Assembly (NCBI RefSeq): GCF_009834535.1
Contig: NC_045697.1
Coordinates: 58,592,001-58,656,000, forward strand
Source: Camelus ferus
Taxonomy: Eukaryota
Direction: 5' to 3'
DNA length: 64,000 nucleotides
Below, piece by piece: positions 52,772 to 64,000 of this stretch; positions within the stretch are counted from its first letter, which is position 1; every line of letters starts with the position of its first letter. The notes under the pieces were generated by a model. The model had not been told where the DNA came from, ran no database searches, and was given only the letters and a program-made list of their open reading frames with translations. A program made the translations under genes and the position numbers.

Positions 52772-53510
52772 TGTTAGGTAGTTAGATAAGTGAAGGCACC
52801 AGGCAGACTGGTGGAGGATGGTCCAGAAGATGGTGTTATACCCTCCTCCAGGATAAAGGGACTTGACTTCTTCTTAATGAGTGCCAGCAAGAAACCAGTT
52901 AGAACCCAACAGTCACGACTGTGCGGTAGCAGAAAGGACTTAACCGGACATGACCCAATGCTCATCGTACTATAATTAACATTGTGGTTTAGCCCCACCC
53001 ACCATGGGTTTTCCCGTGTACAGAATGGGTAACGACACGCGCAAAAGGGGAGAAACATGACTAAGCATTCCAGGGTCAAGAGCCATCAATCAATTAAGAG
53101 ACAAATTCATACTGTATAGCACAGGGAACTATATTCAATATCTAGTAGTAACTTATAGTGAAAAAATATGAAAACAAATATACACATGTTCCTATATGAC
53201 TGAAGTATTGTGCTGTACACTAGAAATTGACACATTGTAAACCGACTATACTTCAATAAATACATATATATTTTAAAAAAAGAGAGAGAGAGAGAGAGAC
53301 CATCTCTAAGTGAGGTTTATAAGAGAAGGGGAGACAGAAACCCCTGCTTTTCTTCCCTTGGGTCAGCCCTGCCTCCCGTTCCTGGACGTGTACTTCTCCT
53401 TTTTTAAATACATCTTTTAAAGTCTTTCACTACACAATGCACTGTCTCCTGACTGTAAACTCATCTTTTGGGTATGACAAGAACTAGGGTCTTTACCTGC
53501 TGGGGTAACA
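52772..53510 (+). mobile_element. ERV1-type solo LTR containing a nested L1 3' fragment
   Basis: TGTTAGG...GTAACA termini; GTAG/GCAG 4-bp TSD-like flanks; interrupts an L2. Confidence 0.75.
53103..53280 (+). mobile_element. Very short L1 3' UTR insertion
   Basis: ACTGTATAGCACAGGGAAC...CTTCAATAAA, shared with the other young L1s; AGAGAC flanks; adjacent (GA)n at 53281-53299. Confidence 0.85.
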
Positions 53511-53591
53511 GCAGTACTCCATGTAAAAATTCTTCGGGGATCCTCACAGCTCTTAAGATAATACCCAAAATCCTTTCATGGCCTACAAGGC

Positions 53592-54051
53592 TGACAAAGA
53601 TTCTTTGCTAGACCAAACTTTAATTAGACTCCTGAACCTCCTTTTAGGTCCATTTGTGCATGTCCCTGTAACATCCAGTTTTAGCAAGGACCCTGCTACG
53701 TCAGTATAACCAGAATCCCCCACCCTCAATATCTGATCTCCGTACCTGGTCTGATTCCTCACCTTCCACTGTTTCCTTGGTGATGTCTGACCACCCTGGC
53801 CAGACTTCAGCAAGAATCCTATCGAGTTGGCTCCAATCCCCCTCACTCTAATGTCTCCTTTTAGTAATTTTACATTCAGTGACCTCTGCCCTATTTCTTG
53901 GCTATAAATTTCCACTGGTTTGGGCTGTATTTGGAGTTGAGCCCCTTCTATACTGAGGTCTTTATTCCTCTACTGCAATATCTCTGAACAACAACAACAA
54001 AAATCTCTATTACCACTTTAACTACTGTCCAGCTCTGGTTTTTCCTTAAAA
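53592..54051 (+). mobile_element. MER39-like ERV1 solo LTR
   Basis: TGACAAAGATTC...GACCAAACTTTA start and TCCAGTTTTAGCAAG match the recalled MER39 consensus; CTATAAA box. Confidence 0.75.
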
Positions 54052-55968
54052 ACGCCCTGCATGATGAATCCTGCCTAAATACTCCACCTCTATCTCCAGT
54101 CCCGCCTCTCACTATGTTTCAGAATTATTATGTCCACTTACGTGTTAATTTTTTTATTCATTTATTATTTTTCTCACCTGTCTGGAGCGTATGTTTCATA
54201 AGAAGTCTTGACAGACTTGTAAACTGCACAGTTTCTTCAATACCTGGCACAGGTTAGGTCCTAATCCATATCTGCTTAGTGAACAAATGAATTAACACAC
54301 CATGACTTTTGTACCTCAGGGCCTTTGATTATACTATCCTTCAATTTTAATCTTGGTTAACTCACTTTCATTCTTCACTGTTCAGCTAAATAGCCACCAC
54401 TCTAGAGTGGTTTTCCTTGACCATCCACCTTACATATCTCCTTTATACCTCTAATCATCACCTATTCATAATCTTGATTGTTCAACCTATACCTGATCTA
54501 TTGTTCACCTCCTCCACTCCTAGGTAAAGTCTAGCTTTTCTCTCTTGTGCATCATTGTATTGCCCAGTCACCTGCAGAGTAAGCTTGGCATATGGTAAGC
54601 GCTCACTATAGTACAGTTACATTAAAATTAATTTGACTTAAATTCTACTATATATATTCAAAAAGAATTTGAGGGAGGATTTCATTTTCCATTTTCCAAT
54701 GAGCTGATGACCTAGAGTGACTAGGGTTGCTGAGATATGTTCCCTTGGTTCTAAGCCTCCCTGCATCACTCATCACTAAGTACCTCCATACCCAGAGAGG
54801 TTTGGGGTATTTTTTATTCATATTTTCTAATATTGAGGAATAAACCATTACTGTAAAAACTCTATTTTATAGATAATTTTGAGGGCTCTTCAAGGTGGGT
54901 TTTGTTATTTGTTTTTTCAGCTTTACCCCCTAACTTCAGAATCTAACCCATGCACAAAATGCAACTGTATAGAAAATATTTGTTGAACGTTGAATGAAAG
55001 TTACTCTTTCAGGAGAGCACAAAGAAAAGCTGTGGAATAATCTTATTGTCTGATACATGTTCACGATTTTAAATATACAGACATTCACGAAGGAAAGTAT
55101 CATTATTTTAAACATGAAACAGTATCATAATTAAGCCAATAGGATTTAAGGAGGATGAAAACATTGCAAACTCTCTTGAGGACTCATTTTCTTGATCTTA
55201 TGTATGAGCTACACTGAGTTTTAGACTAGAGCAATAGAGTGTTGCTGCTAAATTATACTAAACAATATTTGTATAGCATTCCATAGGGTCTGAAGCACAT
55301 CCACATATAGTAGCATATCTGGGATTTGATAATTAAACAATCTTGGGAAAGAGGTTGTTGCTGTGGATATGGGATTTGTCCATGATCATATAGTTAGCAA
55401 TTTCAGGTTACTAGGATTAAATCCAAGGATTAGAATTGCAGCTGCATACTTCCTTGTGATTCTATCCCAGAGAATCTGATGCCAAACTTAATAGGAGAAC
55501 CTAGTTTCAGTGAGGGAAGTTTTCTGCTGGTCTCCTAAGAGCTGGAAATAATTGCTGGACCCAGAGCTATAACTAACAAAGAGAAAAGTGCTTCTTAGTA
55601 TTGAGGGAGCCAAGTGCTTTTTAGAAGGCAATGCTGTTTGGCGTATTATGGGATGGACAATACTCAAAGTCAGCTGCTTCCCATACAGAAGCATATGCCT
55701 TTTAAATTTAAGGAAACAAGATCCTCACTCTCCCCATTCTTGTGATAGTGATGTGTAGGAGGATGTTTTATCTGTAATAGTCTCAACTCCTTCCATCCAC
55801 ATATAAAAGATGAATCTAGAGAAAAGAGATCTTATCTAATCTCAGGCAATTGACTCTAAAAGATATTTTGAATATTGAGGATTTACTGTACATTTTATTT
55901 TTATCATACCTATCTTCTAAATCTATTGTCAAGTTAGAATTATATTAAAGAAGGTACTACTCCTGAGT

Positions 55969-55970
<2 letters not shown>

Positions 55971-56006
<36 letters not shown>
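55971..56006. repeat. (TG)18 microsatellite
   Basis: Read directly. Confidence 0.95.
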
Positions 56007-56010
<4 letters not shown>

Positions 56011-59000
56011 CATGTGTTGTGTGGGTGCATCAAAAAATCAGAACCTTGTAGCTGTGGGCATTCAGCAGGTGGGGATGCAGGTGACAGTTATATTTGGAGG
56101 TCAAGTCGACTCCTTTTTCACCCCATCTCAGGCTCTGGTGGTGGCCTGACACACAGCTATCAGCCAGCTGTCTGCTCCTGGCAGTAAGGCAATTATTTTG
56201 AGTATACAGGTATAAAAACAACTTTCTGGTGATTCTATAAATAATAACCATTTTGCAGAGAAAATACTGAAAAACACAAAAACAGGACATTTTATCACAA
56301 ATAAAGTATAACAAAATTTAGTACATTAATTTATATACAATTTGTGAAACATTATAAGAATGTCTGACTTACTTTTTTGTGGTATGATTTTAGGTATCTC
56401 TTTTGTGAAAAACCATTAAGACATTTTATGAAAAAAGTAAAAGGTAACAGAATGGTAGTAGAATAAAGATATCCTATTTTTATAAAAAAAGACAACAGAC
56501 ACAAAAAATTTGTCACTGGGCAGTAGTGTACATAAGTGTTCACACTGCTTGTGCCATATTGTGTTCTTGAGATGAATAATGGAAACAGTGAGGAATTAAA
56601 AAAAATACTATACTCTGGACGGTCATATGCCCCATCCTTTGCTGGTAATATGTTTCATTACTAATTACTTGCTATAGGATGTAGTTTTGGAAATTAAGTC
56701 ACTGTTTCTTTAGTACAAATGAAAAACTGCCAAACCAGATTTTATAGATGCTTGGGTTTGAATCCTGGCTTCAATACTTTACACTTGCCTGAACTTTATG
56801 AAGTTTAAAAAAACTCTCGATGTCTTAGTTTTTTCATTCACAAGTTATCAAAATAACACTAACTTATTCATGGGATTCAAGAAATTAATGAAATAATTCA
56901 TGTCAAGTGCTTAACAGCTCGGCACAAGTCTTAAGTATAAATAGTAAGTGTTCATATCATGTCAACTCAAAAAGGTGGTAATTATTGAAATTATCCTGAA
57001 GAATGTTATGATTGGCTCTCTTTAGGAACTGGGAGAGAGGGAATCATATAGGTAATTTTTAGTTTGAACACATGATTTAAAGTTAACTTGAGTAATCAAT
57101 GCTAGCTATTATTCTTGTTATTATTATTGACTAGCAATACCTCACTGTAAAAAAGTAGTGGCATTTAGAAAATACTAAATGTTTTCTCCCTGAACAAGTT
57201 AAAGCAGCTATGCTCCCATTTGTCTGAGTGAGACTAAAACCAAAATAAGACAAAGAGGAGTACTGGAATGTAAGGCAGCAAATCTGTGGAGAGCTGGGCC
57301 AGTGAGCAGTCTTAGGAGGGGACACAGAGAGCTAGGCGGTGGAGAGCTGTACGGAGGTGTGAAGTACAGAGAACTGAGCCCTGGTCACAGCTTCTTAGAG
57401 ACATCCTAATCCTGGAGACGTCCCTACTCCCTGAATGACAGCTCCACGGAGGAACCATCCTACTCTAGTCAAGGATCATTTTCACTGGATCTGCCATCAA
57501 GCACACCGAATCTGAAGGTGAACTGTTCAGGTTACAACAGGATCACACTTCTATTTAATACCTTTTGAATTTTAAGAATATCTTTCCATCAGCCAGTGGG
57601 GAAGCAGAATTCAGACAAGCTCTCTTCTCATTCAGGCTCACTGAGAGATCACCAAGACAAGCTGATTAGGAACCTAATGTGATAAACTACCACATCACAC
57701 TACTCTCTGGAATAATTATTCTCAACACATGAATTTTATATTCCACAAGGGGCCTGCAGGAATGTGCTAAATTATTTCAAATAATAAATGTTGGCTTTTA
57801 AACAATAATTTATATTTTTTAAGTATGTTACAATTTACAAAATCTTCACTGCATATTCCTAACAATACTGAATAAAGAGTACATTTTACTATCAAGTTTA
57901 GAATTTAGCTTCAACTAAATTCAACCCAAATTCAATTATTACTATATAGTATTATAGTAGTATGCTTGATGCTAGAAGTGGAATAATGATAAGGAAGTCT
58001 GAATGAAAAAAGTGGTAAGATTCTTGTAAGACTAAAGGAGACAATGTGTATAAAATATTTTTTCCTGTGTCTGACACAAGATAAATACTTAATGAACGGG
58101 AGTGGTGTTCACCATTAATAATAACAAGCTATACACTAAGCTTCTATCTTGTAGGTGTTCACAGAGTATTTTAAACAGAGCAAAACAATGTTTGGCACTT
58201 GCAAGTGTAGGAAAAGGATGTTTATTTAACATGGTCAAAGCACTCTGTTATATGCAAGTTTAATTTTTATCACCACGGGTTAAGAGTGGATAAAGATATA
58301 GAATTATGTTCCACCACATGATATCTGCTAACTAACTAGGTAAGTTAGAAAAACACCACCATAGCATATTAAAGAATAAGCTTGGAGACTCCTCAATAAG
58401 AATGCCAGGTATCTTGCTCCTATTTCATTTTAATCAATTTAAAATGTTTTTGTATTTCACTAAATAATATTGTGTGTCAATGTCTAAAATTTGTGATGCT
58501 AAATCTTTGGCTATAGCCTATTTTTAATACAGATGCCCCAGGCAGGATCATGTTTATTTTGATCTAAAAAAAATATTTTTGGTGTGTAGATTGCTGAATA
58601 TAATTCAGTTTGCACATGGAATAACGCCTGGCATTATTCTAGTTCACTGATTATCTGCCAATGGAATCATGTTTATATTACTCATATTATTATAGAAAAA
58701 ACAGCTTAAAAAATAGATGCAGTTTTTCAAATGTGCCCAAATATTTTAGCTTTTTCTTGGAGTAGAAACTGTAACTGTCAACAATTAGCAAATGTATAAA
58801 TTAGTGTTTAGTATTAGATTTGTGATCAAATATAAGACCTTACCTAAAAGAAGATTATACAAAATACTGTACAAAATAAATACACTACAGTTTTCACCAG
58901 CTTTATTATGAGTGATTTTCCATATTGGAAGGTGAAGTGTATCTGATAACTGTCAAATTTTTATTTAGCAGAATATTCAAAATATCATCCTTAGCAATAT

Positions 59001-62000
59001 AAATGGAAGACATTTTTCAGAAGTTAATGTCTTTCCTTGGTTACTGACAGGAACTTATCTAAATTCCTAGTGATGGGAAGAATTCACAGGTAGTGCTCTA
59101 TCACTGACTGCTGAGGCTGTCAATAAAGTGTATAGAAAAACAATGAAATGAAACAAAACCAAGACAAAACACAGTTTCAACTGAAGGTATGCCCTTGACT
59201 GGTATATCTGCATTTAAATATTCACCTCTGCTTAGGGTTCTGATTCAGCTTCCAAAACAAATCCCACCCAAACACCTTCATTGAGTCATTCTGCCTGTAA
59301 TATAGACATGATTCCTGGGTAGGGTATTTTGTGAGAAATTAGGAAGCAAAATGTAAGTTGAGGAGAAAGGATCCTTGGTGAGGACACGTGTCCTTCAGAA
59401 CTGCAAATCCTAATGAGCCCTGCTAAGAAATCTGTGGTGCTTATTTACAAATCTACTACAAAACTACCAAAGTAGGCTTTCATTTCCAATTATAATATAC
59501 AGAATTAGGAAATACGTCTGAAAAGCATGTAGAGTTTATTTGCATACAGAAATATATAATCAATCCCATTAAATTAAGTACAAAATTGTAACAAACTTCT
59601 TTTAATAATGAAAGGCTTAAAAATAATAGTGCTTCTAGATGAAGCTAATTTTTTTAAGTCCTGATTAATGAGACGTATGGCAAGAAAAATTATTATAATG
59701 GTGAATGCTGATTCAGGATCTTATTTTTATTAAGTAGTTTATAGTGAGGGCTGTGACTATTTTTCTATTTATAGTGGCAGCTCTGGTTAATTACCTTGTA
59801 ATGTATTGTGACATTAATGTACTAGTAAACTATTGAAATTTACACCCTTATTCAGTAGCAAAATCTGTAAATTGAAGAATGTATATAAAGTTATCAGAAG
59901 CATAAATTATGTGACCAAATGTCATGTATGATCACATTAGATTTAAAGAAATTCAGTGACACATCAGTAAGTGTCACTGAATTTATATACTTCAGCTACT
60001 TTGAAATATAGATTTCAACATTTTATTCAAAGTTATTTGGTAGCTTGCTGCTATTCTGTAAGGTTACTAAAAGCATGTTGGTCACAATTAAAATGCACAA
60101 TACCAAAGAAGAAATATATTATGGCGAACTAATGCATCAATTTCACAAAATATTTTTTCCGTAAAAAAAAGATGAGAGCAAAAGTGAAAGAAATTGAAAG
60201 AATTGCAAGGAGGGTAGCATGGTGACATGTGGATTCACAGGTTATATAGAACTTGAGGGGACAAAAAAAGGAATGAAAATATAATATATATCTATATCTA
60301 CATCTATCTATATGAAAAATAATTATGTAATTAGTTTTTAAAATAGAGGCTTAAAACACAATGTCAGAGTTACCAATATTTAGTTTACTGTCTCAAATAC
60401 TCAAAGCACAATCACTGTTACTTGGATTATCAAGTAATCCAAAATATTTCAGATGAGAACATAATAAAACAGCAAAATATCTGAAGCAATCTGACGGTGC
60501 AACTGTATATTAGATAATTCATACTTTCTACTGAAAAATTCCCTGTGCTAATATTGATAACTACATTAATACATTTTGAAATATTGTTTTGTATTGCTAG
60601 CTTGAAGACAATAAAACAATTAAGTGTGACTTTTCCATAAAAATGTAATGAAGTCTGAAAAATGCACAGGATTACTAAGTTAAGCAATAATTCCTGAAAC
60701 ATTAACATGCATATACACTAGGGAAAACTGGTACAGGAAGGGAAAGGAAGAGAATACAGAGAGCTGTAGGTCAGTGGGGAAAGGAGGATATCACAACATA
60801 GCTCTCATATTCTCAGTATGTATAAAATTATAGTAGAAAAATAGAAAAAGGAAAGCTAAAAGAGTTCACTAATGTTGGTTTTCAGGTAGTACAAAGGACA
60901 CTACTATATAATCTTGTGAAAAATTGTTAGAGATAGAATTCCAAATTATTTAAAGAAGCTAATTTATCTTATATTGCATACATTCAATTAAAAACTTGTA
61001 ATACTCATGACAGATCCTCTCTCTATATAGATATAGATATTTGTATGGGTCATTTGTGTAATTTGACTACATTATAAATATAAAAAATGTACAGTATAAT
61101 TAAAAATAGTAAATGAAGATGAGGAGGTGATAGTTGGAAGTTCGAAGGAAATGTTTTGTAGTTTCAAAGTAATGATATTTCCAACTCTATACCATTTCCA
61201 ATATTTGTTTTTAAATGAAATATTAGATAATTTTAAGGAAAAAAGCAAGTCTTCTGCAATGTTACTTCAGTGATTTATACAAACTTTTATTTATCTAATA
61301 AATGTCCTTATTTTTTTGAAAATTGCAGGACTGTGGCACATGAGCTAATAACTATAACTGCAATTGTATTAATCACAGACCAGTTTAGAAGGGTCTTTGG
61401 GTCACTGCATGTAGAGGAACAATGTGAGAACTACAAGTTAACAAGACAATCATTCTAACATAGAGAGCACAATTGGAGGCAAATATCAAGCAGGGATCAT
61501 TGTTGGATTCTAGTGACTCATTTTTCACAGGTCAATACCATGACTACTTTTACTAAGATGGTATTTTAAAACAAAGCTCGTGATAATGCCTACCTGCCTA
61601 CTAACTCTTTAGGGTCTAGTTTTATGTCAGGTATTTGCCAGGAACTTGACACTAACTATTTCACTTAATCATCCCTATAAACATGCCAGGGTGACATTAT
61701 CCTTGTTTTACAGGTGACAGACAGAAGCTGCTTCAGGTCATGCAGGGCTGCCTGGCTGCCTGGCAGGCCTTCCTTCCCATATGCCACAGCCGCAAACCTG
61801 CAAGTACATAGTAACAGCCACATTTTATCTAGGGCCTACCAGATGCCAGACTCTATATTATCCCTAATCCTCACAAAAACACTGTGGAGTTCTTATTTCT
61901 GATCTTCTGTGTAGTAGTTAAGGAAACTAAAGGTAAGAAAGGTCTAGAACTCCCAGTTTAAGTTTATTGGCTCTAAAGCCCTTCATTTTATCATTCAGTG

Positions 62001-62044
62001 TTTGTCTTATTTCATTCTAAATTTATTTTACTCTTTGTCTGCCT

Positions 62045-62512
62045 AGCTATGGTTGGTTGAAATGGCCCTAAATTCCTCTCCTTCCTGTATCCATGGTCCT
62101 CTGGATTGTGGTTCCTCCATCAAGAGATGGAGTCTATTTCTTAAGTCTGGAGTTGGCTGTGTGATTGGCTTTGGCTAATGGGACACAGCAAACAAGACAC
62201 AGGCAGAGTCTTGAACAATATTTGAACTTTGGGATGTTCCTATTTATTGCTAGGAATCCTGTCACAATGGGAATGAGCAGGGGCTAGTGGGCTGGAAGGT
62301 GACAGCCATATGGCCATCACCCCAGATGACATCAAGGTGACTACCAACCAAACATGTAAGTGAGTTTCCTCCCCTGAAAAATCCATCAGCCTGCTTAACT
62401 ACTAAACATCCAACCTCAGTCAAGTCACCACAGATGCAATTTAATGAATTCTGAGAACTATAAAAATGTTTCTTGTTTTAAGCCACTGACTTTTAGAGTA
62501 GATTACTACACT
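62045..62512 (+). mobile_element. Old MaLR LTR (MLT1-like)
   Basis: CTCCATCAAGAGATGGAGTCTATTTC, TGGCTTTGGCTAATGGGAC, TTGTTTTAAGCCACT. Confidence 0.65.
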
Positions 62513-62699
62513 ATCCTATCCATGATTGTACAGTACTCTTTCCAAATCATACTGGGATCACGTGAAGAATTAAATTAAAGCCATCAATTTGCATAAATCT
62601 TTGACAGGAACAACATTCTACTAAGCATTAACATGTCTAAAACAAGGCATCCATTTAAAATTCATCTATTCCTCATGATGAGGAATTATGTCATAAGCA

Positions 62700-63620
62700 T
62701 CCAAGCAGTTAATCAATATAGAAATCTTAGAAGCATTTCTGCTCTTTCCCCTGTATCTGTTCAGTCAATGCCACATCTCTTCAAAATATTTCTCAGGCCC
62801 TGACATTGCTGCCAACACACTTCTAACTAATTTCCCACTCTTCTTTTACCTGGATTACTGAAACAGCTTCCCTCTGCCAATCTCTCATCATCTACACTGA
62901 CTTCAGAGGTATTTTTCTCATATCAAGAACTGATAATGTTATGATGTAATACTCTACTAACTTGGGAAAATTTTTTTAAAAATTAAAAATATTTCATGAT
63001 TTTTTCTGAGGATAAAATACAAACTCCTTGGCATGTGATACAGAATCTTCCACAATCTACCTCATTACATCTTTCCAGTCTCTTCCTCTAGAACTACGCC
63101 CATTTTACTGCGCACCCAGCACATTTCCTGAAAAATACCACAACCTTCATATAACCATAGTTTTTTCTGCTTCCTCTTTGTGAGATTCTCTAACTGTCCC
63201 TGCTGTTTTCTTCTTGGAAAATGAGGATGCATCCTTCAGAATCTAGGCTGTCACCTTCACTTTCAGTCACTTAGACAGAAATCATTGTGAGTTCCTATTA
63301 TGGGCCAAGCACAGACCAGTGGCTGGAGGAGAAATAATAATTATAGCCCTCTTTGCCCTCAAGGACATTACAGAAGAGAAAAGGAAACAAGCACACTAAA
63401 AAATAAAATGCAATGTTTTAGGTGTAATCACTGAGGCAAGCACCGGAGATATTTGGAGGATAGAAGCGTGCACTTAGCTCCTGTCTAGTACATAGTCTAG
63501 GAAGGCTTAATGGAGGAACTGAAGATAAGCAGAGCATTGAAACACTGGCAGAAACTTATTGGGTAGAAAAGGTAAGAGACTCCTGGAAGAGGAAATAGCA
63601 TGTACAGAAAACATGCTCAT
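62700..63620. mobile_element. Two L2 fragments in opposite orientations
   Basis: GGATAAAATACAAACTCCTTGGCATG (+) and CATTGTGAGTTCCTATTATGGGCCAAGCAC (-). Confidence 0.55.
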
Positions 63621-64000
63621 GGAAGTCAGATATAATAGCTTTTAAAGAAAATATACTGTATTACTTTAAACCAAAAAATTAACTAAATTTAATCAAATTT
63701 AAATTAGGGTATTTGGTATTTATAAAATCAAAAGTCGTGTCTACTTTACATCACTCTGAACATTACAAAACATTTAAAAAATCACTATTTTTTAAAGTAG
63801 AAAGATACATTCTATATTTAGATTATGAGATAATAAATGTTACTTTTAACTCCTATTTTGTATGACTGGCTATTTTTAAAAATCTTTACACAGATGGCAT
63901 CAATTTAAATATATAACTTTAATCTATATATTTTAAAGCTAAATTATCGTATCAATACTAAAATGACTTTTAAATAGAATAACAATATAATATAAAATAT

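Larger units (their letters stand above)
52715..54300 (+). mobile_element. L2 3' remnant split by two LTR insertions
   Basis: GAGTCATCTTTTAAAA..AAATCAGATCATGT | ...CATGGCCTACAAGG | CCCTGCATGAT rejoin into L2 consensus order. Confidence 0.65.

Noticed and set aside
799..61902. Remaining short ORFs in the supplied track
   Set aside because: 60-110 aa, many with non-ATG starts, lying in repeats or AT-rich DNA, with no recognisable homology.

Overview
AT-rich mammalian genomic DNA, probably a camelid judging by the style of the young L1 3' ends and the apparent absence of ruminant, pig or primate SINEs (inference). I could not recognise any host protein-coding exon. The window is mostly interspersed repeats (L1, L2, MIR, MaLR/ERV LTRs, hAT MITEs). 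The main feature is a young 5.1-kb gamma-like (ERV1) provirus at 14154-19266 on the + strand, with a 4-bp ATGG target-site duplication (TSD). Its two LTRs differ by 11 transitions and 1 indel. It has a tRNA-Thr PBS, a decayed HERV-E/ERV3-like gag, a pol with RT/RNaseH deleted, and an env lacking most of SU. Inside the capsid region of gag is a ~226-nt fragment of spliced host ATXN7 (ataxin-7, SCA7) mRNA that includes the CAG/polyQ tract. The fragment is joined to gag by microhomologies and has no poly(A), which points to retroviral capture (transduction) of a cellular transcript by a helper-dependent ERV. The provirus also has two decayed candidate accessory ORFs: a pre-gag ORF and a two-helix ORF between pol and env. 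Family names and the ATXN7 match come from recalled sequences, not database searches.
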